In this document: piece after piece, positions 36,542 through 47,781 of the stretch | How positions within the stretch are numbered: position 1 is the stretch's first letter | Layout of the letters: each line of letters starts with the position of its first letter | DNA from: Bigelowiella natans CCMP2755 | Lineage: Eukaryota > Protista > Cercozoa | Length of the DNA stretch: 47,781 bases | Direction: 5' to 3' | Assembly: GCA_000320545.1 (NCBI GenBank) | Contig: ADNK01003370.1 | Span: 1 to 47,781 of the forward strand | Notes under the pieces: model-generated | What the model was told of the DNA's origin: nothing | Databases searched by the model: none | The model's input: the letters and a program-made list of their open reading frames with translations, nothing else | Program-made: the position numbers and the translations under genes

Positions 36542-38559
36542 TCACACCTTATTAAAAAGAGGCTCCTTGCTATTGTTACTCCTCTTGGTTATCTGGCTAA
36601 CCCTTCCCCACCTTCCTATTGTCGTAGAAGCGACACTGACGCCAGTCGAAGAGGACGGGGCCAAGGCTGCCTCCGAGTCAAGCCCGCCCCCTCCCCCACC
36701 AAGGTTCATCATCATCATCTTTGACGTTGCTGCCGGGAGGCCGCTGGTCGTCGCCGTCATTGCTGCCATTGTAGCGGCGACAGATGCTGCGACTGACGTG
36801 CTCGCACTAGCTACTCCTACACTACTACTCCCATGATGTCCCCCACCTCCATTGCCGCCGGCAACACCGCCGTTGATATGTTGGTTATCGATGAGCTCAT
36901 CGTCCTCTCTGCTATCGTCGAGCAGACGGCGAGGGGGGAAGGCTCCTTTGGGCAGCAGCTGCTGCAGCATCGAGGCCAGCCAGGAGTAGTACCGGATGTA
37001 TATGCCGAGAGCGCAGCCACCGATCATGAGCCCAAGGGCGAAGTAAGGCCAGCCCTGCCGCGTGGACGGGTAGAACCCGCCCCCCGGTTTTGGGAGGGCC
37101 GCCAGCGCCTCGCTCTCGTTCACAGCGGGGCCGGCCAGCGTGGAGATGTTGGGGAGAGGTCCGCGTCTCTCAAGTATCTCGGCTAGGCACTGTGGCCTCC
37201 GTTGCCGCCGTGTGGTCGGCAGTCCGCTACTCTTATCATAACCCTCCGTCTCCCCCTCCGCCTCCTCGTTGTCTGCCAATAACACACGCGAGTAGCGGGC
37301 GAAGTGGGTGCCCGGCATCGGTTGTGGAAGCGCTCCGAAGTCGGAGCGAAACGCAGAGTGGAGGATGAGAGCGGGTGGAAAGAGCTTTTCGTCCGTCTTG
37401 TTGTGGCAGAGGAAGGCCAAGAGTGTATCGACAGTGTCGTAGCACGGCATGCCGCGTCGATGGTTGCCATCTAGGCAGTTTGAGTCACCCAAGACCTGTT
37501 TTCATCATATTAATTTCTAATTTATTAGTGCGTATGTGAGAGGGGAAAGGGACGAGAGAGAAAGAGAGGGAGAGTGAGAGAGTAAGGTATGCAAGTGTGT
37601 GATGTGGATCTTCTTCATCGTCATAATCGCGCAATCAATCAACCAATCAATCAATCAATTGGCAGCAGCAGCAACCAACTCTCTTACTACTAAACTCCGT
37701 AGTACTGACCGCGACACGTCCATTCCCAGGGCCTGTCCCCGTCGAATAAATCCCCATAATGGGGAAGTAGCGCGTCGTTCCGCTGACTGTATCCTTAGCA
37801 CGCACCGAGAAAAGACGCCCGCCTTTGGGAAATTGGAAGAGGGAGGTGCCGGATTCATAGCGGAAGGCCTTCCCACCTCCCTTGACCTCCACTGTCGCGT
37901 CGAGGACACGGTCGCTGAGGGCCATGTGGAATGGCGCTAGGACACGATTCAACTCGGGAAGATTTGCGCCTGAGCGGGGGGGGGGGAAAGACGACAATGA
38001 GAAACAGTGACTACAAGGGATTTGCTGACAGAAAATAAACTTCGAATTCGCTATTTTCTTTTTTTACTTTAAAAAAAACAAGTATGTTCGGTGTGTTTGT
38101 TGTTATTCGCCGCAGTTGTTACCTCCCGTCTGCGGCAGCCACCAGCTCTGCGTGTTCTGGTCGAGGAACTTGAGCTTCTTCATCACCCCAGAGTTGTACC
38201 ACTCCCCGACGACCAGAAGGGACAAACCGCGCGTGTAGACATCGTCGGCCAGCTTCTGAATCTCCTCCTCAAAGTAGGCCTCCTCGGGGTCTACGAGCAG
38301 CAGCGCAGCATAATTGGCTGCATCGACGCAGGTCCAGTCGCCGCCGCTGACCTCGACGAAGTAGCCCCTTGCGCGCAGGTCCGTATAGAAGTCTCGGAAG
38401 TTGGTGTGCACATGGTCGCCATTCCAATCGAGGATGTCGCTCTTGATCGCCAGGTTGTCGCGCGGGAAGTAGCCGGAGGGGTATCGGAGGCTATGGAACT
38501 GGTCCCAGAGCAGCCGTCGCGACCGTGGCGGGGGCGGCGCGAGACTGGGGTTGATGATG

Positions 38560-38602
<43 letters not shown>

Positions 38603-38671
38603 TCTCGTTAATATACTATACCATCTATTCATCTCTCTTAGTATGAATCATTACTGCCCCCACACCTCTCC

Positions 38672-38709
<38 letters not shown>

Positions 38710-38721
38710 CTACTACCACTG

Positions 38722-38752
<31 letters not shown>

Positions 38753-41217
38753 ACCCAACTGACTTTATCCTGAGTGGCACGACGACGGTGCTGGCCTCGC
38801 CTTTCTCGTCGCTCACAACATCGAACACGATGCGGCCAGAGACCACGCCATTCATAGACAACCCCGCCCTGGTGACACGGAACGATACCGACAGCCAACC
38901 CGTCCATGGCCAAAGCAGCTCCGAATGTGAGAATTCCGCGGCAAGCAATGCCGTGTCACCAGCAAAGCCGTCAGCGTTGAGCTCCATGCGGACATTCTCG
39001 ATCGTTCCTGCCACGCTGAGGGGGTTCAGAACGGTGAGATTGGCCACAACAGGCATCGAGCTGTAGTAGGCGGGCTGCGAGCAGTAGGGCCAGAAGTACG
39101 GGCACTCGGTCAGATCTAGGCGTGCCGGGATGGTGGACGCACGTGGCACGTAGTTCTCCGCAAGTTTCGCGGCCTTGAGCAAGTCCACCTTGCCCATCCC
39201 CTGCTCGAAGATATGGTGCCCGGGAACTGGCGTGGCTGCCTGGGTGAGTATCTGCTTCATCATAGCCGGGTTCAGCAAGGCCGGGGCTGTCATGCCTGCG
39301 AGCAAAGTCACCATGCCCGCCACGACCGGCGAGGCTACCGAGGTGCCTGAGAGCGAGCGACAACCGGAGCCGGATGTCGTCGGACCACGAATGCCCTTTC
39401 CATAAGCAACTATGTCCGGCTTTACCCGACCGTAGCCTGCAGGGAGCTCCCAGGTTGTCATGCCGCGCGATGAGAACGTCGCTAGCCTGTCGTCGTAGGT
39501 GATGCCACCGACCTGCGAAAGAATGGATGCAAACAAGGAATGGGTTATCTAACGAGGGTTTCTTTCTTCCCCCGCCGGACCATCATAACACATGTACGGA
39601 AACGCACGCACACTCATACCCAAGAACTTTTTTTTTTCATCTCGCGACACTTACCCCAATGACATCAAGTTGATCGGCTGGGTTATTCAGCGTGCCATAA
39701 CGGGGGCCATCGTTGCCGATCGCACTGACGACGATGATGCCGTTGGCGCTCATCTCCTCCACCTTCTCGACAAATGGCCGGTCCAGAAAGTCTGGCCCCC
39801 CGATGCTTAAGTTGAGGACATCGATCCCTATCTGCATAGCGTAGTTGAAGGCGTCCAAGAACCAACTCGTATAGGAGACTTGCTTCTTGTTGAATACGCG
39901 AAAGGCATACACCTCAGCGTCCGGTGCGAAGCCGGCGCAGTGCGGGTGGGTGCTCGCTATGAGCCCAGCGACGAATGTCCCGTGCCCGATGTGGTCCTCC
40001 AGCGTCTCCTCGTCCGTCCAGTCGGTGCGCTCGCGAACATTCCGGAAGGAGGGGTGCGACTCAGGGATACCTTTTTGTAAAAAAAGTGAAGAGTAAGAGC
40101 GGGGGGACGGGGGGGACTGGGGAGGGGAGATAGAGGAATAGAAGGGTACTAGCTACCCGTGTCAAAAACAGCAACGCGGACACCTCTCCCCGTATGTCCT
40201 AGACGCCACAGAGCGTCGGCGTTCGTATACTTCGTGATTGAGATTAGGCCCTTGGCCATTATCTTTCTATGATGACTGCCCTGCGTCGCCACCTCCCCTT
40301 CCTCCTCTTCGTTCACTCCCATCATTCGTCGAAGACGCTGTTCCAACACGCCAGCTCCAGCATCTCCATCCTCTTCACCCCCCTCAGCCCCGTGATATGC
40401 GAAAAGGCTCCGGTCGATAAGCCGCTGGTGGGCGATGGCCTGGATATGGGGACTATTTTGAAGCTTCTCTGCGAGAATGTGTTGTCCCCTCTCTTCGTCC
40501 TTGCTCGTGATAGCGCCAGCTATTGAATCTACATGTCTTTCCCTCTCCTCCTCCACTTCTTCTTCTACGTTTTCCTTTGTGAGAAGCCGAAGCACAATGA
40601 AGTCGGTTGGGAACTTCTGGGCTGCAACATTTTCTCGAACTAATATACAATATTAGAATCAGAGATAGCTCAGTTTTTAGCATTTTTCTCGCATCCACTA
40701 TAAAAATTTATGAAATAAAATTTAGGTTAACGACCGCAAACACGTAAATAACTTTAAAGGTGGCAGCCTAATCTTCTGCAAAATCTCACCTATCATCTCC
40801 TACCACTCATAGTAAAGATGAAAGAACTAAGACCACTTTCGTATTACCTATGTTTCGCCAGTCATCACACCCATTGCCTGTAAAGCTGTACAACCAGGCC
40901 ACGTGATCGCTGATGTTCCGATACGTATTGAATTTCACAATGATATCGTCCCCCGGCAAATCTTCATTATCATCTTCCTCCATCGACGCCAATGGATTCC
41001 CGAAATTACTAGAAGATGAGGTAACACTGCAACGAACCAAGATATCTTCCTTATCGTAACTCGCAAAGTGTCCAGCTATTACCTCGGGACTTAAACTCAC
41101 TGGGCTACATGTTGGAAGAAGACACAATAACACGCCGAGGTATGCTAGAGGGATAAAGAGACGACAATCGTTGCTAATTGTGCTCCTGTCGCATTGTCGC
41201 TTTGCTTTCGATGACAT
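36542..41217 (-). CDS. MBTPS1: Site-1 protease / subtilisin-kexin isozyme-1 (S8 subtilase), about 7 exons
   Basis: Signal peptide, FPTDF prodomain, catalytic [20 protein letters not shown] and SGTSVASP. S1P-specific [39 protein letters not shown] and GDSNCLD. C-terminal TM helix. Confidence 0.95.
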
Positions 41218-41399
41218 CGCTGTCCTGTTGATTACTATTTGTTCTATTTCTCCCCGTTCCCACATGAAATGTGTATCCAAAGGAATCAAATTGGGATGGA
41301 GTCCTCCTGATTCATCTTGAAGAGAAGGGGACAAAGTAATCGAGCTTGTTTCGAAGGTGTTCTAGCTGATCGGGATCTTGTTTTCCGAGGGAGAGGCGA

Positions 41400-42950
41400 G
41401 TGATGATGCAAGCCCTAAGTGCGGAATCGAATTAGAATTGTGATGAAAAAAAGGCTCGAAATCTACAAGGGACGAATTCCTACGGAATCTTTAAACGCGG
41501 ATCATTTGTAAACATCGTCTTTGAATGTAATTCTTCGTGTAAGCAAGGGTAAAAGGATTTATTAATTTCCCCGGAAACGTACCGCATCAAAACGTATAAA
41601 TATGTACTATCAAGTTTGTATAAAATATGAAAAATCATTATTTCACTAGAATCGTGATCATTCATTACCCCACCCTTCGACGGATTCCAAATTCAACAAA
41701 CCTCCCACCTTTCTAGAGCCAATTTCTGAAACATTTCCTTCCGAGATGCACAAAATACATTGATCTGCTGACTACGACTTTGGAATTACATAATTATGTA
41801 CACAATTGGGTCCAATATTGATGTCTCTATGTGTTCAATGTAATCTAAAAATGTATACGAAGGTGCCTTCGTGAAACTCCTGTGACCTTCGATTGGAACG
41901 TGGGAAAAAGTATTAACGTCTTGACATATAAGATGTCTCTTAACTAAATATGGTGTGAAAAGGGATCTATTTTTGTAGTTCGATTTGCAAGAACGTTCTG
42001 CAAGGTGAAGATTTATTTTGGAAAATTTTGATCTCGAAAAGAGTTTCAAATACATGTACACAATTCGATTAGAATTGTTATATAACGTCAATAAATATTT
42101 AGAAATAATGCCAGACATATTGCTGAAACATAGGAAAAGTCTAAGCCTTATCCAATCGGAAAGCATGAATTCAGCATGAGGAACTGTCGCAATGTAAGAT
42201 CTTGGGTTGTTTTTTTGATTATATGATTTCTTCAGAATTAGTCGATGCTTATGTGTGTCGTCACTAAAATTAAAAAGCAATATTGGCACAAAATGGTTTG
42301 TTAAAGTTTATCACGTCGTTACTATTAAATGCAGGATGGAAAGAGGCAAAAGAGATAACTCGGAGAATATTTTACATGATTATCCCCGATAGCTATCGGC
42401 GAAAACCGGAGATTCTACTACACTAAATATTGAACTGCTCAATTTTGTCCAAAAAGTTTTACATCTAGTTTCTAAATCCAAAAAATAGATTCGATTTCAA
42501 ACTAGTATTACAATTTGTTAAGCTTCTTGTAAAGATGATGAACTCGAGTAAAAAGGCTCAAAAACAGTGTTTCCAACGATTCCTGCATGTCTCTACCATA
42601 TTTAATTGATGAAAAAATAAGATATCCAGACCATTGCCATAAAGATGATCTGGAATCTCTGCTCGATCCAAAGAGGCAGGCGATACTTCTTCCCAAATTG
42701 TCCGGAAAACGAGGCGTTCTTGTACTCGGTTTACCCGTCAGAAAGATATTCGATCCGATTCCACAACGAATTGCTTTTGGAGTCTTGGAAGAAAAGCCTA
42801 GATTGGATGTCGCATCTCCATATTCTAACGTTTAGGGATTTTCTTCCGCAAATTTGTCCTGACCTTGGATCTGAATTTGAACCGAATTCATATCTGGCAT
42901 ATTTCTCAACCGCGAAAGGTGTTCTACTTCGTTAGTAGAGGGAGGGGGGG
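41400..42950. other. AT-rich, microsatellite-free intergenic block with broken reading frames
   Basis: Lies between divergent S1P and GMP synthase genes. Contains 80-167 aa ORFs without recognisable motifs. Confidence 0.3.
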
Positions 42951-43317
42951 TTGATCGTGATAAAAGGGTGTAACAGTATGGAGCCTTTGGTAGTCTAGAT
43001 CATCATCGACCATGCGTCGGGTTTATTCCTTCCAGTGCGGTTTTTAAGCAAAGCTCTCGACAAGATAGGGAGTTGAGTCAGAAGATCGTGATGGGTGTGC
43101 TGTTGGAGGGGGGGCACCATTTTATGTAGCTTTCGAGTTCTACGAATGTACATATGGCATTTGATTGCGAATAATTGTGCAGTCATAATGTTTTGGATGA
43201 GTGCCAATGCGTAGTCACCCGTGACAAGGCAGTTAGTGATTTGTGTTATTACGACTACCTGCCTGACGCCAATGTTACTCCCTCTTCCTTTAGCGACTAA
43301 ATTGACCATAACCAAGA

Positions 43318-44074
43318 ATGGCGGAGACCAAACTCCCAGCACCTAAAAAACAAAGAGGTAATGGCTGCTATCGAAAACTATTTTCACCGAAAAATGGGGG
43401 GGGGGGCGGTACCTAGCTCACTGAAATTGGTCATCACTGTTTACTAGGTGGGCATCAAAAGTTGCTCATTCTCGATGCTGGAGCACAGGTGTTATATGCC
43501 TGAACAAGGATGATTCTTATGCTCACCATTCTTCCCCAATCTCATAATTTTTCTCCCTCCTCCCAACCCTCGCAAAAGTAAAAGCGTTCCGTCTGAAAAC
43601 AACTGTGTCTTGAAATGTCGGCAGTATGCGAAAGTGATCGATCGCAAGGTCCGGGAGTTATGCGTGGAGTCGATTATCAAGCCGCTTGATATGCCTGCAG
43701 AAGAAATTAGACAGGGCAACTACACCGGTGAGCTCGAGTATGAGTGCGTTGAGACTTATCTTTGTATGGGTTGTCAATAGCGCTTTTTCTTTCACGAGGG
43801 CGTAAGCATGGATGAGAGTTTTTATGGCTTTCTCCGCCCCCCTCCCCTCCCCCTTTACCCACACTTTTCTCTGTTTTTCATATCCGATCTAGCGATTATC
43901 ATTTCCGGAGGCCCTCAGAGTGTGTATGGCGATGAAGCCCCGAAGTATGATCCAAAGACATTCGAGCTCGGAATCCCTATTCTTGGCATATGCTACGGAA
44001 TGCAGCTTGTCAATCATGTAATAATAATTATAAGAAGAAGAAGATCACGGATGATAACAAGACGGCGGGGAAGA

Positions 44075-44111
<37 letters not shown>

Positions 44112-44553
44112 TATAAAATTATATATATGTGTTGTGTTTGTGTTTGTGTGTTTGTGTGTGTGTGTGTGTGTTGTGCGCGCGCGCGCGCGCGCGTAAATGT
44201 AACGTCCTGTTTGTGAAAAGCTCTCCCTACTCACCGTCTCCCCTTCCCCATTTCTTCTCTATCCAGCTCTTCAAAGGCAAAGTTGAGAAGGGTGGCACAC
44301 GCGAGGACGGGCAATTCGATATCGAGTTAGATACAACCTCGTCGCTATTCTCGGGTCTTAGGAGCAAGTCTACTGTGCTGCTTACACACGGCGACTCGGT
44401 AACAGAAGTGGCTCCAGGCTTCAGATCTATCGCGAGGTCGCCCGCAGGTATTTGCGCGGCAATTGAAGATGCAAAGCGCAAGATCTACTGTGTGCAGTTC
44501 CATCCAGAAGTCGATCTATCACTCGACGGTACGTACTACGTGTGTGTTCGTGC

Positions 44554-44593
<40 letters not shown>

Positions 44594-46263
44594 GTGTGTG
44601 TGTGTGTGTGCGCGCGCGCCCACAGAGATTGGAGTATAGATAGATCATTGTGAAATTATCGCTAGTTAAAGCGGATAAAGCGGGAGGGATCTCTACGTCA
44701 TTTCTCATGACGCTGCAATGTCCTTTATACTGTGCTGAAACTTTTGTTGTATTCTAAATTTGACACCAGGGATATGATGATGATGATGATGATACGATTG
44801 TGGTGGTGATAATGATGATGATTCATTGGTGGTATTTTCTCCCTATTCCAGGTATAGTAATGCTTAAAAACTACTTGCTGAATATTGCGGGGTTCAAAGG
44901 AGACTTCACCCCGCTCTGCCGTGAGGAGGAGGCTATAAAGGAAATTCGCGAGCAAGTAAAAATACTACAATACCGATGAAACTGCAGTTTCGTAGACGTC
45001 CAATTCCATTTAGAGATATCACTTTTCTTCCCCATTCATTCCCACCCCTCACGTCGCCCCCCTTACTCTCCACAGGTCGGAGCGGACAACAAAGTTCTCG
45101 TCCTCATATCTGGAGGGGTGGACTCCGCAGTGTGCGGTGCGCTGCTGAAGAAGGCGATTGGCGCAGAGAGGATTTATGCAATTCATGTTGATCACGGGTT
45201 CATGAGGATGAACGAGAGCAAGACCGTCGTCACAGCACTCAAATCTGTGGGTCTCGAGATCAAAGTCCTCTCTGTGGAGGAGACGTTTCTTAAGGTTGTC
45301 CTCCCACCCCCTCCCATCTTCATCTATGTGCTGTGATCTCCAGATGTATTTTCCCTTTCTCCGGCTTGATATAATTATCAATGTCCAAAATCATCACCCT
45401 CCTCATCAGCATCATCCCTCAATTTCTTGCCGTGTTTCCCCCCCCCAACCACCACAGGCGACAACGAAGATAAACGGCACTGAGACGCCTCCGCTGGAAG
45501 AATGTATCCGCCCAGAGTGGAAGCGCAAGATCATTGGAGACACATTTATGGTAGTCAGTGACCAAGCAATCAAGGACTTCAAGTTAGACGTGAATAAGGT
45601 ACCTCGTTCAAAACGGAGTGCTAAGGAAATGTCTCTTTGGGATAAGGAAGGGGGGGGGAAGCGGATCGGTAAAAAGGAGAATCATCGTAGAGCCTCGGGC
45701 CGTCTACAAACGCCCTTGAATTCGATGGTAATGTAATGTTTGCGTTGTTGTCATGCATTGGTGCATGCAGGTGCTGCTAGCACAAGGGACGCTCCGCCCC
45801 GACCTCATCGAATCTGCTTCTAATGTCGTGAGCACCAACGCTCAGGTTTGGTGCTTAATTATAAAATGGAAATATATTGTTTTTGGGGGGGGTGGGGGGA
45901 ATCATGTGATTTTATGTTGTCATCATATGTCGCCCCCGCGTTCGATGTTTTCTGTTCTGTTTAACGACGTTATTCTCTCTCATGTGTTCATACGCTCTCT
46001 CGACGTTGCTCACCCACAGTGCCCTGCTCTCTATGAAATACTACTACTACTACTACTACTACTGCTACTGCTCTATCACCGTCGTGGTTCGTCAGGTGAT
46101 CAAGACCCACCACAATGATACCGCACTTGTTAGACAGCTGCGAGATGCAGGCCGAATCATCGAGCCGCTCAAGGTAGTAGTAGTAGTAGTAGGAGGAGGA
46201 GGAGGAGGAGGAGGAAGATCTGTAAGCTGAAACGCTACGAATGAATACGTATGCACAACGCAC

Positions 46264-46296
<33 letters not shown>

Positions 46297-47598
46297 GGAC
46301 TATCACAAGGACGAGGTTCGTGAGTTAGGGAAGAGCTTAGGCCTACCTCAAGAACTAGTGTGGCGCCACCCATTCCCCGGCCCCGGCCTCGCAATTCGCA
46401 TCCTGTGCGCCGATAAACCCTTCGATATCTCTGAGGAGGAGGTGACTGATATCATGATGGTGATGGTGGTGATGGTGATGATGAAGGGTGCTGCTGGAGA
46501 TGATAATCATCATCAATCGTTTGTTATCGAGAGCACGATCTCGCGGCGTTTTATTGAAATATTGTGGTTTTTGTCATATATAAATAACTTCCATGACTAT
46601 GATCCGAATATTACATGGGCGGTACCTGCGTTGTGATGATGATAGCACGCGATTAAACGGCTGTGTGTTGCTCCTTTCCCCCCCTCCTCCTCTTCTTCTT
46701 CTTCTTCTTCTTCTTCTTCTTCTTCCTCTCTTATTGTTATCACGTGCTGGATTTCAGGTCAAGAAGACCGCTGAGGAGCTCAAGACGTACAATAAGGTAT
46801 GGTGGTAATCTATAGTATGTGAAGGAGGGAGAGGGGGGGTGGAGGGGGGCAGTTAGGATATATATATATATATAGTATTACATTATATTTAATTGAATAC
46901 AGCAACCCGTTCCAACCGCCGACGAGAGCGTTTCCCCCCCTCCCAATACCCCATAATATCGTGTCACTGCCTAAGTAAAGTACCCCCTCCTTCCTCAGGA
47001 TGGCATCTATGCAACTCTCCTCCCCACCCGCTCGGTTGGTGTGCAGGGTGATGCTCGATCCTACAAGCAGCTGTGCGGCCTTTCCACTGATAAGGAGAAC
47101 CCTGACTGGGACATGCTATTTGAGGTTGTAGTTCTAGCAGCAACAGTAGTAGTAGTAGAAGTAGCAGTAGTAACAGCAGGTGCACTTAGTGTAGTAGAAG
47201 TAGTAGTAGTAGTAGAAGTAGCGGTGCCGTCTCTCATCGTATTGGTAGAGATGATCGATAGCAGCAATTGCTAAGAAGACATGTATGCATGAATGTAGAA
47301 ACAAACAAGGCAGCGTGGTGATAGTCGTCTCTGTCCTCACACATCGCCTTTGAATATCTCTCACCTCCACCCCCCTCACTCCTCCCGCCATTCCCCTGCT
47401 GCTTTACAGATGGCGAAGGAGATCCCTAAAAAAGTCCACAACGTGAATCGTGTTGTCTTTGTGTTTGGGAAGGCGATAAAAGAGCCTTCCCTCCACACAA
47501 TCACTAAGACGCTGCTGAATAGAGCAACCTGCGATCAACTGCGAGCTGCTGACAGCATCGTCACACAGGAACTTGTGAGCAACAACTTAGTCAAAAAG
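43318..47598 (+). CDS. GMPS: GMP synthase (glutamine-hydrolysing), 3' end beyond the window
   Basis: [107 protein letters not shown]. Confidence 0.97.
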
Positions 47599-47781
47599 GT
47601 AGTAGTAGTAGTAGTAGTAGTAGCAGCAGCAGTTGTCGAAGTATTTTTTTTGGGGGGGGGGGGGGGGGGGGCAAAAAGGGAAAAGACGTTTCTTCACAAA
47701 GGTGGCCCCCGGGGAAAAAGAGGAGGGGGGGGGGGGGGGGGGGTTTTTTTTTAGGAAAACAAAACGATTTTTTTTTTTTTT

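Noticed and set aside
41700-42935. Alternative genetic code explaining in-frame stops
   Set aside because: Host genes end in TAA, TAG and TGA and have no internal stops; all three stop types interrupt these frames.
1921-47754. Numerous poly-Y/H/M/V/I/L/C ORFs in the six-frame track
   Set aside because: Translations of intronic microsatellites or antisense frames of real exons.
47640-47781. G/A/T homopolymer tail as a telomere or poly(A) retrocopy
   Set aside because: Lies inside a GMP synthase intron at the window end and looks like low-quality terminal sequence.

Overview
Gene-dense eukaryotic (protist-like) nuclear DNA. Genes have many GT-AG introns packed with microsatellites, so most ORFs in the six-frame track are spurious or single exons. 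Genes spliced by hand: SLC4/BOR-type anion transporter (+), MYND zinc-finger gene (-), RING+PHD (PHRF1-like) gene (-), an unknown probably mitochondrion-targeted gene (-), VDAC porin (+), two hypotheticals (-), PiT/PHO4 phosphate transporter (+), site-1 protease (-), and GMP synthase (+, truncated by the window end). The most unusual signal lies between the genes. Islands of dead sequence (a LINE-like 3' fragment, a Crinkler/RHS-type nuclease pseudogene, a dispersed repeat family) have lost almost all TpA dinucleotides to TpG/CpA, so Tyr codons have become His/Cys. CpG is kept, the surviving TA sites lie mostly in CTA/TAG contexts, and the islands also carry short duplicative or palindromic insertions. 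This looks like a repeat-directed A:T->G:C hypermutation process, the reverse of fungal RIP. The responsible enzyme is not visible in this window. The first 700 bp hold an orphan ORF followed by a dense cluster of nested hairpins. Exon boundaries and counts are by hand and approximate.
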